Assembly: GCA_031409275.1 (NCBI GenBank)
Contig: JANNXA010000037.1
Location: 46,290 to 110,289 of the forward strand
Length of the DNA: 64,000 nucleotides
Source of the DNA: Planctomycetota bacterium
Lineage (GTDB): Bacteria > Planctomycetota > B15-G4 > SIAN01
Reading direction: 5' to 3'
Part shown: in pieces, positions 37,262 through 48,251 of the stretch
Position numbering within the stretch: position 1 is the first letter of the stretch
Layout: each line of letters starts with the position of its first letter
The notes under the pieces: generated by a model
Database searches by the model: none
The model's input: the letters and a program-made list of their open reading frames with translations, nothing else
What the model was told of the DNA's origin: nothing
Program-made: the position numbers and the translations under genes

Positions 37262-40200
37262 ATGAACCATCGCACCGCTTCGCTGCCGCTCCTGCTGCTT
37301 GCGCTTGCGACCGGCGCCGCGGCGTCGGGATTCGCGCCCCAGGACGTTCCCGTCAAGCCGGGGGCGCCAGTGAAGGGCGCGGTCGCGGACGACGGCAAGG
37401 TCGACCTGCGCGGCGAGCTGTCGACGCTCGAACAGGTCTGGAAGCGGCGCACGGCGTTGCGCTGGTTGAAGGGCAACAAAGAGGTTCTCGAAGCGCTCGG
37501 CAAGGTGATCGACCCGATCTCGGCGCAGTCGATCTCGTCGCTGGTTGGCTCGCCGCCGCGCTTCGATGAGCTCGACTACCACTACGTCGAGAAGCAGGAG
37601 AACTGCGAGCGGCGACTGCTCGCCCACTTGCGCGCGGAGAAGTTCCGCGGCGTGGCCGACCTGCTCGAAGTCGTGGCGACGAAGAACTACCCGAACTCGG
37701 TCGCCTACGCCGACTTGATGGCGCAGGTCGAGCTCAACTGGCGCTTCGCCGCGAAGCGCGGGCTCCTCGACGACGGCGAAGAGACGGCGGCGCTCGGCCG
37801 ACGACTCGCCGGCGAGACGGAGCGCATCCGCGGGACCGCTGGCCACGCGTTCGAAGAGGTCGCGAAAGACCTGTGGAAGGAGACCAAGCCTGACGACTTC
37901 CCCGCGGCCTGGTTCGACGCGAGCTGCGAGGTCATCTCGTTCCAGTTCGGGCCGATCCCTGACGACGGCGGCTTCCCGCGCGTCGACCTCGCCACGGTCA
38001 CGCGCGAGCAGTTGCTCGAGGTGCCCGGTATCGACGGAGACGCGGCCGACGCGATCTTGAAGTACCGCGCCAAGCGCGGCCTGCGCGGCGCCGAGGAGCT
38101 GCGTTTCGTCGAGGCGATCCCCGCGCGCGATCGCGAGCCGCTGCAGACGCTCTTCACCGTCGCCAAGGCGACCGCGATGCCGAAGAAGAAGTGGACCGTG
38201 ATGGTCTACTTGAACGCCGCGAACAACCTCGAGCCGTTCGGCATCAAGGACATGAACGAGATGGAGTCGGCGGGCTCGAGCTCGGAAGTGAACGTCGTCG
38301 TGGAGTGCACCCGCTTCCGCTCGGAGCCCAAGGCGCGCCCCAACGGCGCCTACCTCAGCAACCCGTTCTCCGACCACGAGCCCGAGTACTACCGCGGTCT
38401 CGACAATCAGCCCGGCACGCGGCGCTGGTACGTCCTGAAGGACGACGATCCGATGCGCATCCGCTCGGTGATGCTCGACAACATCGGCGAGACCGATGCG
38501 GGGCGACCCGAGCCGCTCACCGAGTTCGGCCGCTACGCGATCGAGCAGTTCCCGGCCGAGAACTACGCGCTGGTCATCTGGAACCACGGCGCTGGCTGGA
38601 GCGGCGTCTCCGCCGACGAGAACACCCACCACACGCTCGAGATGGGCGACGTGCGAGTGGCGCTGGAAGGGATGCAGCCGTCGCTGCGAGCGCAGGGCAA
38701 GAGCAAGCTCGACGTCCTCGACTTCGACGCCTGCTTGATGGCGACGCTGGAAGTCGCCTACGAATTGCGCGACACGGTCGATTTCCTGGCCAGCTCGCAG
38801 GAGACCGAGCCGGGCGATGGCATGGCGTACGGCGAGTACCTGCGCTGGCTCAACACCTATCCCGAGGCGCCGGCGGCGTCGCTGGCGAAGGCGATGGTCG
38901 AGACCTACGTGCGCGCGTATGCGCCGGGCGGCGTGCAGGTCGAGGGCGATTTCTGGAGCGGCAGCGAGACCAAGTCGGCGCTGCGCCTCGCGCGCATCGG
39001 CGAGTTGAAGGGCGCCGTCGAAGAGGTCGCGAAGCTGCTGCAGGGCAAGAAGGAGCTGCTCGGCGACGTGGCCGACCGCATCCTCAAGGAGACGCGCGCC
39101 TTCGGGAACCTGGTCGACCTGCAGGACTTCCTGGTCAAGGTCGTCGCCCATGAGAAGGGCGATCCGGCGCTGCGCACGGCCGCGGAGCGGGTGATCGACC
39201 TGCTCGGCTATCCGGCCGAGGTCGACGCGCAACTCGTGAACGAGGTCGTGATCAAGCGGCGCTCACCGGGCAACGTCGTCTGGGGCTTTAACGGCTGGGC
39301 GAGCCCGCCGCGCAACCTCGCGCCGTTCGTCGCCAACTCGCGCTTCGCGAAGACGCCGCTCTCCGGTCCCGACGAGAAGGGCGACTACGTGGCGCGCCTC
39401 GCGTTCCCGCCGATGCTGAAGAACAGCAAGAGCGGCAAGCTCGAGTTCGTCACCGAGATCAACTGGCAGTTCGAGGGCGAAGGCGACAAGAAGACGGCGA
39501 AGGATTTCAAGAACTGGAGCTTCACCGCCGACTTCCCGTCGACCGCCGCGGTCCTGGCCGAAGGCCACGCGATCGGCAACCATCGCAGCCACGGCCTCTC
39601 GATCTACTTCCCGGCTTACCTCGGCTTCGATCCCGACTACGAGCGCCTCCAGTTCGCGAAGGACTCGGCGTGGACCGATCTCGTGCGCAAGTTCCCGATC
39701 AAGGAGCTCGGCCCGGCGAAGCCGGTGGCGTTGCTCGGCCTGAACCACGTGACCAAGGCGGCGCGCACGGAGCTCGGCAAGGCGGTCGTCTTCGAGGACC
39801 TCGAGAAGCGCGCGCGCGATCTCGATGTCGCGGCGATCTGGAAGGGCGACTTCCAGGGGCTCGGCCTGGAAGTCGACGCGATCCGCGATCCCAAGCCCTA
39901 CGGCCTCGATTGGACCGCGATGCTGAGCCACTTCGAGCAGAGCATCGTGGTGCTCGACAACCATCAGGGCGGCGAGGTCGGCGGCGGCGGGATGTCGATG
40001 GACGACGTCTACGCGATGATCGGCCAGTTCACCGGCGGTGGCGGCGGCAAGCGGGTGAAGACGCCGCGCGCGGTCGGCCCCGAAGGGCGCGACGTGATGC
40101 GCCATCTGCAGGCGGGCGGGCGCATGCTGATCGGCATGCCAGGCGCGGGCTCGGCGGTGTGGGACACGCCGCTCTATCGCGACACGCTCGGCGTTCGTTA

Positions 40201-40603
40201 CGTGCGGACGTGGGATCGCGGCTTCGACTTCGTTGCCCCGGGTGCCCAGAAGATCGCCGCGGACAAGAGCTTCACGCTCGACCTCGCGACCAAGCGCGAC
40301 AAGGTCAGCGTGCTCGCCGCGGTGGACGGCGCGACGGGCGTCGAGCCGTTCGTGACGCTGCCCGATGGCCAGTGGCTCGGCGTGAAGATCGCGCGGCGCG
40401 ATGCGACGTCGGGTCGTGAAGTGCGCGCCGTAGTGCTCGGCTTCTTCCTCGCCGATGTGAAGGGCGACGAGGATCGGCGCGCGCTGCTGGCCGAGGCGCT
40501 TGCGTTCCTGGGGCAGGGTGGCCGCGACGTCGGCCTCTCGGCCACGGCGACGCCGGCTCCAGGCGCGGCGGCTAGCACGGCACCGGCCCAGGGCGGCTCG
40601 TAA
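37262..40603 (+). CDS. Secreted clostripain-family (C11) cysteine peptidase with a ComEA-type helix-hairpin-helix domain
   Basis: WTVMVYLNAANNLE, WNHGAGW (His), FDACLM (Cys), SQETEPGDG and GLSIYFP; HhH VDLATVTREQLLEVPGIDGDAADAILKYR. Confidence 0.85.
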   Translation: MNHRTASLPLLLLALATGAAASGFAPQDVPVKPGAPVKGAVADDGKVDLRGELSTLEQVWKRRTALRWLKGNKEVLEALGKVIDPISAQSISSLVGSPPRFDELDYHYVEKQENCERRLLAHLRAEKFRGVADLLEVVATKNYPNSVAYADLMAQVELNWRFAAKRGLLDDGEETAALGRRLAGETERIRGTAGHAFEEVAKDLWKETKPDDFPAAWFDASCEVISFQFGPIPDDGGFPRVDLATVTREQLLEVPGIDGDAADAILKYRAKRGLRGAEELRFVEAIPARDREPLQTLFTVAKATAMPKKKWTVMVYLNAANNLEPFGIKDMNEMESAGSSSEVNVVVECTRFRSEPKARPNGAYLSNPFSDHEPEYYRGLDNQPGTRRWYVLKDDDPMRIRSVMLDNIGETDAGRPEPLTEFGRYAIEQFPAENYALVIWNHGAGWSGVSADENTHHTLEMGDVRVALEGMQPSLRAQGKSKLDVLDFDACLMATLEVAYELRDTVDFLASSQETEPGDGMAYGEYLRWLNTYPEAPAASLAKAMVETYVRAYAPGGVQVEGDFWSGSETKSALRLARIGELKGAVEEVAKLLQGKKELLGDVADRILKETRAFGNLVDLQDFLVKVVAHEKGDPALRTAAERVIDLLGYPAEVDAQLVNEVVIKRRSPGNVVWGFNGWASPPRNLAPFVANSRFAKTPLSGPDEKGDYVARLAFPPMLKNSKSGKLEFVTEINWQFEGEGDKKTAKDFKNWSFTADFPSTAAVLAEGHAIGNHRSHGLSIYFPAYLGFDPDYERLQFAKDSAWTDLVRKFPIKELGPAKPVALLGLNHVTKAARTELGKAVVFEDLEKRARDLDVAAIWKGDFQGLGLEVDAIRDPKPYGLDWTAMLSHFEQSIVVLDNHQGGEVGGGGMSMDDVYAMIGQFTGGGGGKRVKTPRAVGPEGRDVMRHLQAGGRMLIGMPGAGSAVWDTPLYRDTLGVRYVRTWDRGFDFVAPGAQKIAADKSFTLDLATKRDKVSVLAAVDGATGVEPFVTLPDGQWLGVKIARRDATSGREVRAVVLGFFLADVKGDEDRRALLAEALAFLGQGGRDVGLSATATPAPGAAASTAPAQGGS

Positions 40604-40616
40604 GCGAGCGACGCGC

Positions 40617-41882
40617 TCAGAAGCGCAACTCGATCCGCGCGACGGTCGGCCGCTGCCGATCGCCGGTGCGACGCGCTTCGTGGAGCGCCAGCGCCGGATC
40701 GATCGCGACGATGCCCGCATGCACCCGTTTGCCCTTCACCGTCACGGTGAGGGGCAGGGCGGGATCGAGCCATGGCGCCTTCACGAGCAGTGCGGCCGAG
40801 CGCACTCCTTTCGCCGTGAATGCGAGGGTGACGCCTTCCTTGGTGAGGCTGCGCTTCCACTCGAGCTTCGCAACCTTTCCGTCCATCGCGCGGATCGTCG
40901 CCTGGCGCTGCTGATCGCGGCTGAGCGACGAGGAGACGGGCACGCGCGCCGGCACGTCGACCGCGTCGGGATCGACCGCGACGATTTCGAGCCACGGCAG
41001 CGCGACGTGGTCGCCGTCGGCGAGCAGCGTTCCGCTCGCTGGGATCAACGGCAGCGCGACCGGCGTCGCGTCGAGCTTGGCAGCGACCGCGTCCATCCCC
41101 TGCAGCGGCAGTTGATGGATGCCGTCCGGATCGATCGTCACGTCGACGTCGAGCCCGAGCTTCGCCGCACTGCGCGCCAACTCCTCGAGATTCCAGACCA
41201 TCTCGGCGTCGTCCTTGCCGCCGCAACACGCGAGGAGTCGCGCTCCGGCGACGTTCTTCAGGAGCCGCCAGTGGTTGCGTCGCGGCGCACTGCCAAGCGC
41301 GACGATCCCACGCGCGACGCCGGGGCGATGCTCGACGAAGTCGAAGCAGGCGTGGCCTGACCAGGAGAAGCCGGTGAGCCAGAGGCGGTCCGGATCGCCG
41401 CCCGCGACGAAGGAGGCGGTGTGAAGGAACTTCCGCCAGGCGTCGCGCCCCGTGTCGCTGAACTCGGGCGGGATGAACTCGCCCTCGACCCACGCGACGA
41501 CCGGCGTCGTCAGTCGGTACCAGCTCGCGACCGTGTTCCAGAAGAGGTCGAAGATGACCGGTGGCGCGCCGTCGCTCGCGCGCGCCGGAGGAACGACGAT
41601 CAGCTTCAGCGCGGCGCCCTGCCACGGCACCGCCACTTCGAAACGAGCGCCCGCCGGACGCGCGGGTGGCGTGGTCAGCGCGCGCAGCAACGCCTGCGGA
41701 TCGCCGGCGCAGCGGGTCGCCAGCGCGGCGATCTGCGCCTGTGCTTTCGCGTCGTCGAGTTCGGCGAGGCACGCCTCCACCGCGGCCTGCAGCTCGGCCG
41801 TTGTTGCCCTCTCTTGCGTAGCCGTGCGCACCGGCAGCAGCGCGACGGCCAGTGACGCGGCGATCTGGACGAGTGCGACCAT
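40617..41882 (-). CDS. Exported alpha/beta-hydrolase-like protein
   Basis: DPDRLWLTGFSWSGH nucleophile elbow, GGKDD, GIH; signal peptide. Start uncertain. Confidence 0.65.
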   Translation of the reverse strand: MVALVQIAASLAVALLPVRTATQERATTAELQAAVEACLAELDDAKAQAQIAALATRCAGDPQALLRALTTPPARPAGARFEVAVPWQGAALKLIVVPPARASDGAPPVIFDLFWNTVASWYRLTTPVVAWVEGEFIPPEFSDTGRDAWRKFLHTASFVAGGDPDRLWLTGFSWSGHACFDFVEHRPGVARGIVALGSAPRRNHWRLLKNVAGARLLACCGGKDDAEMVWNLEELARSAAKLGLDVDVTIDPDGIHQLPLQGMDAVAAKLDATPVALPLIPASGTLLADGDHVALPWLEIVAVDPDAVDVPARVPVSSSLSRDQQRQATIRAMDGKVAKLEWKRSLTKEGVTLAFTAKGVRSAALLVKAPWLDPALPLTVTVKGKRVHAGIVAIDPALALHEARRTGDRQRPTVARIELRF

Positions 41883-41949
41883 GTCGACGCGCTCCAAGGT
41901 CGTGCGTGAGCCACGCGTTCGCGTGGACCACCGCAACTGCCAAGCCGTT

Positions 41950-43617
41950 TCAGCTCGGCAGTTCGAGCACCGCCGCGATGAGCGATCCGTCACGACTGGC
42001 CGCTTCCGTGCGGCGCGGCAGGGCGGAGAGCCAGCGCACGAAGTCGGCCCACCACGCACAGTCGCGAAACGGCGGATCGCGATTGGCGCGCAGCAGTCCC
42101 TCTTCCGTGGCGAACGCGCGCGCCGGCAAGACCACCACGAGGCTCCTCGCTCCGCTGGCAGCGAGGTCGCGTTGCAGGTCGGCGAGCGACGTGGCCGTCC
42201 CGAAGAGCGAGCGCAGCGAACGGGCACCGGGCAGCAGCCCGCGCTGATCGAGCTCGGCGATGACCTCTTCGCGCAGCGGGAGCGAGGGGGAAGCGACGTG
42301 CAGCTCGCGCCAAGGATCGGCGTCGATCAGCAACTCATCCGAGAGCTGCAGCGTGAATTCGAAGGTCGTCTCGTCGCGGCGCAGTGCCGGCCGCAGCTGC
42401 TCGAAGAGGTCGCTCGCCGCATCGGGGCGACCGTAGACACGTGCGAGGAGCGGGCGCTGCGTGGCCGCGCTTGGCCCCGCCGCCGCCGCCACGATCAACA
42501 GCAGCGCGGCCGTCGTGAGGGGCGTGCGAGATTGCAGCGAAGGCACTCTTCGCGCGAATCGCTCCACGACGGCGTGCAGCAGCCATGCGCCGTGCAGCAG
42601 CAGGAAGGGAGTTGCCGGCAGCAGGAAGCGCTCGCGCAGGAAGATGCCGCTGCCAAGGAAGAGGAAGAGCGGCAGCGAGGCGGAGAGCAGCAGTCGCTGC
42701 GCGCGCGCGTCGCGCCGTGGCGCCGCGATCAACGCGCCGATGATCCCGATCGCGATCGCGGCGGCGAAGAGGACGCCCTGGTGCGTCGCGGCGAAGGTGC
42801 GCGCGTAGAAGAGCCAGCCGTTGGCGCGGACGGCCGCATCTTCGGGGCGATAGCCCTCATGCAGGAAGGCGGCCTGCGTCGTGAATCCGGAGAGGAACTC
42901 GCGGAAGCGAAGCCACGTGCTCGGCGCGCCGAGCGCGAATCCGACCGCGGCGCCCACCAGCGCCGGTCCCACGCGGCGACCCAGCGCGACCACGAAGGTG
43001 AGACCGAAGATGCCGGCCGAGTACTTCGTGGCGGTGGCCAGCCCCAGCAGCACTCCGGCGACGGCACGGCGGCGCCACGAGCCGGCAACCGCCTCGCGCG
43101 CAGCGACGGCGTCGATGGCCAGCAACGCCAGCAGCGTGGTGAGGCTCTCGTTGCCGCAGAGCGGTGCGCGACCGATGGCGAGTCCGTCGAGCGCCAGTGC
43201 CAGCGCGGCGGCGAGGCCGACTCCGGGAGAGAAGAGGCGACGACCCAGGCGCGCGACGACCAGCACGCACGCGACGCTCGCCGCCATCGAGAGGGCGCGC
43301 CCGACCAGCACGATCAGCCACGGATTCATCGTTTCGCGCGCGACGAAGTGGGCGAATCCCGGTTCGACGCCGAGCGCAACGCGAAGCAGCCCGAGCAACG
43401 CGCTGGTTCCGGCCAGCAAGTAGCCGAAGAGCGCCGGGTTGATGAAGTAGTTGGTCGTGAAGCGGCCGTTCAGCAGCTCGCGCGCGAGGTCGACGTAGTG
43501 CTGCTCGTCGTGGCGAAGGAAGGCGCGGCCGGCGGTGATCGAGCCGTCGGGCCACCAGCGCAGCCACAGCGCGAGCGCGGCGATCGCCAGCAGCGCGAGC
43601 TTCTGGCCGCGGCTCAT
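41950..43617 (-). CDS. ArnT/PMT-like (GT39/GT83) GT-C glycosyltransferase
   Basis: HDE..Y first-loop motif, NPALFGYL, GLATATKY and ERFLLP; many TM helices; ATGA overlap with the boxR stop. Confidence 0.8.
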   Translation of the reverse strand: MSRGQKLALLAIAALALWLRWWPDGSITAGRAFLRHDEQHYVDLARELLNGRFTTNYFINPALFGYLLAGTSALLGLLRVALGVEPGFAHFVARETMNPWLIVLVGRALSMAASVACVLVVARLGRRLFSPGVGLAAALALALDGLAIGRAPLCGNESLTTLLALLAIDAVAAREAVAGSWRRRAVAGVLLGLATATKYSAGIFGLTFVVALGRRVGPALVGAAVGFALGAPSTWLRFREFLSGFTTQAAFLHEGYRPEDAAVRANGWLFYARTFAATHQGVLFAAAIAIGIIGALIAAPRRDARAQRLLLSASLPLFLFLGSGIFLRERFLLPATPFLLLHGAWLLHAVVERFARRVPSLQSRTPLTTAALLLIVAAAAGPSAATQRPLLARVYGRPDAASDLFEQLRPALRRDETTFEFTLQLSDELLIDADPWRELHVASPSLPLREEVIAELDQRGLLPGARSLRSLFGTATSLADLQRDLAASGARSLVVVLPARAFATEEGLLRANRDPPFRDCAWWADFVRWLSALPRRTEAASRDGSLIAAVLELPS

Positions 43618-44546
43618 GACGCGCCCTGAACGAGTGCCACGAGCTGTTCGATGCAGGCCGCCTCGCCGAGCGCGCTGGTGTCGAGGACGTGGTGGGCCAG
43701 ACCGTAGAGCGGCGCCCGTTCCGTGAGGATCTCGCGCAGGCGTGCCATCGCCGCGGGCTGCCCCTGCATCGGCCGCGAGTCGCCCTGCTCGACCACCCGG
43801 TTCCAATGGTCGTCGGGAGACGCCTTCAACCAGATGGTCACGAAGCGGCGCCGCAGCAGGGCGTAGGTCTCCGGCGCGGCGACGATGCCACCGCCGGTCG
43901 CGACGAGGCGCGGCCGCTCCTCCTTCAGGAGTTGCTGCAGCGACTGCCGTTCGAGTTGACGGTAGTAGCTCTCTCCATGCAGCGTGAAGAGGTCGGCGAG
44001 CGGCATGCCGGCGAGCGCCTCGACCTCATGGTCAAGCTCGACGAAATCGACCGAGCAGCGACGCGCGACCGCCTGGCCGATCGAGCTCTTGCCGGCGCCG
44101 CGCAGCCCGATCAGCGCGAAGCGGCGGGTCGATCGTCGCGTGACCGCGAGCTCTTCGAGGCGCGCCTGCGCTTCGGCGAGCGCGTGGTCGGGAAGCTGCG
44201 CGCTCAAGTCGACGAGTCGCGCCCGCGCCAGCGAACCGGCGCGGCGGGCCGGACCGGCGGGAGCGAGGAGGCCGGCGAGGTCGAGTTCGAGTGCGGCGGC
44301 GAGTCGGGCGAGGACCTGCAACGAGAGGTTCGCCTTCCCGAGCTCGACATCGGTGAGGAAGCGGCGCGACAGATCGGCGGCGAGCGCGAGCGCCGCGACG
44401 GTCTGGCCGCGCGCGACACGAGCCGCGCGCAGTCGCATGCCCAGTTCGAGGGCGATCGCCGTCCAGTCGGCCGTCGCAGGCGCGGCGGGAGGCGCAACGT
44501 CGGCGGCGGGCGGCGATGGGGCGCGGCGGGGTGGCGTGCGCGGCAT
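43614..44546 (-). CDS. boxR: BoxR/BzdR-type regulator (XRE HTH plus shikimate-kinase-like domain)
   Basis: LGMRLRAAR...LSRRFLTDVELGKANLSL; LIGLRGAGKSS; ATGGGIV; QGDSRPM; divergent from boxC. Start at 44546 or 44564. Confidence 0.88.
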   Translation of the reverse strand: MPRTPPRRAPSPPAADVAPPAAPATADWTAIALELGMRLRAARVARGQTVAALALAADLSRRFLTDVELGKANLSLQVLARLAAALELDLAGLLAPAGPARRAGSLARARLVDLSAQLPDHALAEAQARLEELAVTRRSTRRFALIGLRGAGKSSIGQAVARRCSVDFVELDHEVEALAGMPLADLFTLHGESYYRQLERQSLQQLLKEERPRLVATGGGIVAAPETYALLRRRFVTIWLKASPDDHWNRVVEQGDSRPMQGQPAAMARLREILTERAPLYGLAHHVLDTSALGEAACIEQLVALVQGAS

Positions 44547-44606
44547 GGGCAAGATACTGCTCATCGTCGGAGCGATCGTCAAGGGCTCATGAGCAGGATA
44601 CTGCTT
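44547..44606. promoter_or_regulatory. Two palindromic operator-like boxes in the boxR/boxC divergent promoter
   Basis: GGGCAAGATACTGCTC (44547-44562) and GAGCAGGATACTGCTT (44591-44606), 44 bp apart; TTGACG on the minus strand at 44582-44577. Confidence 0.6.
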
Positions 44607-44641
44607 GTCCCCCCCTTGCAGCCGCGCTACTTTTCCCGCCC

Positions 44642-46282
<1,641 letters not shown>

Positions 46283-46348
46283 GCGCCCCCCCCGTTCCAC
46301 TCATCGCCGCGACTGCGAGGTCGCCCGCGCTTCATCGGAGCTGTGACC

Positions 46349-47764
46349 ATGGCTGACGTCGACCGCTTCTCGAGCATCCCGAACAACGTCCACCTGAACG
46401 ACGACAAGCGCCTGCAGCGCGCGCTCGAAGCGTGGCAGCCCGCCTACCTCGAGTGGTGGAAGGAGATGGGGCCGGCGATGGCGCAGGAGAAGGACGTCTA
46501 CCTGCGCACGGCGATCTCCGTCGACACCGACGGCTGGGCCCATTTCGACTACGTGAAGATGCCGGAGTATCGCTGGGGCATCTTCCTGGCCGAGCAAGCG
46601 CCCGATCGCAAGATCCACTTCGGCGATCACATCGGCAAGCCGACCTTCAGCGAAGTGCCCGGCGAGTACCGCAACATCCTGCGCCGCATCATCGTGACGC
46701 AGGCCGACACCGAGCCGGCGAGCGTGGAACAGCAGCGCCGTCTCGCCTTCACGGCACCGAGCCTGCTGGACATGAGGAACCTCTTCCAGGTGAACGTCGA
46801 AGAGGGACGCCACCTGTGGGCGATGGTCTACCTGCTGCAGGCGTACTTCGGGAAGGACGGACGCGAGGAGGCGGACGAGCTGCTGCGCCGTCGTTCCGGC
46901 GATCCGGACAAGCCGCGCATCCTCGGCGCCTTCAACCAGCCGTGCAACGACTGGATCAGCTTCTACGCCTTCACGATGTTCACCGATCGCGACGGCAAGT
47001 ATCAGCTCGCGTCGCTGGCGGAGTCGGGGTTCGATCCGCTGGCGCGCACCTGTCGCTTCATGCTGACCGAAGAAGCGCACCACCTCTCGGTCGGCGAGAC
47101 CGGCCTGATGCGCGTGGTGCGTCGCACCGCGGAGCTGATGAAGGAGAGCCCTGGCAAGGACGTGCGCAGCCTCGGCGCCGTCGACCTCCCGACGATCCAG
47201 CGCGTCATCAACTTCTGGTACACCTACTCGCTCGACCTCTTCGGCGGCGAGATCTCGTCGAACGCGGCCGACTTCTTCGCGGCGTCGCTCAAGGGGCGCT
47301 ACCAGGAAGATCGTCGCGCCGAGCACACCGCGCTCGACCAGATGAAGGTCATCCCCGTGGTCGAGAACGGCCGCCTCACCAACAAGGAAGTGCCGCTTCG
47401 CAACGCGCTGAACGAGGTGTTGCGCGACGACTACGTCGAGGATTGCGAGCGCGCCGTGCGCCGCTGGAACCATGAGCTCGAGAAGCTCGGGCTCGAGGAG
47501 CGCCTGACGCTGCCGAGCCGCCGCTTCCATCGCCATCAGGGCGAGTACTCGCGCAACTGCTTCGACCCGACCGGCAACCTGATCACGCAGGCGGAACTCG
47601 ACGCGAATCGCGCCCGGTGGCTGCCGACCGAGTCCGACATGCTGTTCCTGCAGAGCATCATGAAGCCGGTCCACGAGGTCGGGAAGATCGCCCACTGGAC
47701 CGCCGCTCCGGCGCGCGGCGTGAACAGCAAGCCGTTCGACTTCGAGTACGTCCGCCTCGGATGA
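46349..47764 (+). CDS. boxB: Benzoyl-CoA 2,3-epoxidase di-iron subunit
   Basis: IPNNV.L, YLRTAISVD, YVKMPEYRWGI, QADTEPASVEQQ, NVEEGRH, DRDGKYQL and EEAHH. Confidence 0.96.
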   Translation: MADVDRFSSIPNNVHLNDDKRLQRALEAWQPAYLEWWKEMGPAMAQEKDVYLRTAISVDTDGWAHFDYVKMPEYRWGIFLAEQAPDRKIHFGDHIGKPTFSEVPGEYRNILRRIIVTQADTEPASVEQQRRLAFTAPSLLDMRNLFQVNVEEGRHLWAMVYLLQAYFGKDGREEADELLRRRSGDPDKPRILGAFNQPCNDWISFYAFTMFTDRDGKYQLASLAESGFDPLARTCRFMLTEEAHHLSVGETGLMRVVRRTAELMKESPGKDVRSLGAVDLPTIQRVINFWYTYSLDLFGGEISSNAADFFAASLKGRYQEDRRAEHTALDQMKVIPVVENGRLTNKEVPLRNALNEVLRDDYVEDCERAVRRWNHELEKLGLEERLTLPSRRFHRHQGEYSRNCFDPTGNLITQAELDANRARWLPTESDMLFLQSIMKPVHEVGKIAHWTAAPARGVNSKPFDFEYVRLG

Positions 47765-48150
47765 ATGCGCCACGCCGCGGCGACGACATCGATGCCCGCC
47801 TGCCACCGGGCGTCGCGGCGGTCGTCGCGCGCGGCGAGACGTGTTGGCTCTGTGACCATCCGCGAGCGTTGCCGCCGAGCGGCTCGCCGCGAGCGGACTG
47901 GGTCGTGCTCCCGCTGGCGTTCGCCTGGATGTACCCCGACTCGATGGTGGTCGCGGACGCGCTCGAGTTCGCGGCGCGCGGGCTGATCCTCGAAGGCGAG
48001 CTGGTGGGTGCCGCGGAAGGAGATGGGGGCGGTCACGCCACCGCGGCGTTGCGACGGCTGGCGGTGGTGCTGGGCAGCCTGCAACTCGAAGTGGAGATCG
48101 CCACGCAGCTGCCCGCCCCGCGGGTGGTGATCGTCGCACGCTGTCGCTGA
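47761..48150 (+). CDS. Small hypothetical protein translationally coupled to boxB
   Basis: ATGA overlap with the boxB stop; 129 aa; no recognised motif. Confidence 0.5.
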   Translation: MNAPRRGDDIDARLPPGVAAVVARGETCWLCDHPRALPPSGSPRADWVVLPLAFAWMYPDSMVVADALEFAARGLILEGELVGAAEGDGGGHATAALRRLAVVLGSLQLEVEIATQLPAPRVVIVARCR

Positions 48151-48251
48151 CGATGGCCCGCCGCTGACATGGCGGCGATCGTTTGCCGGGCTACGATCGC
48201 CCGCCTTCCAGCGCCGCCGGGTTCGGCGGCCCCATCGTCGAGTGCACGAAC

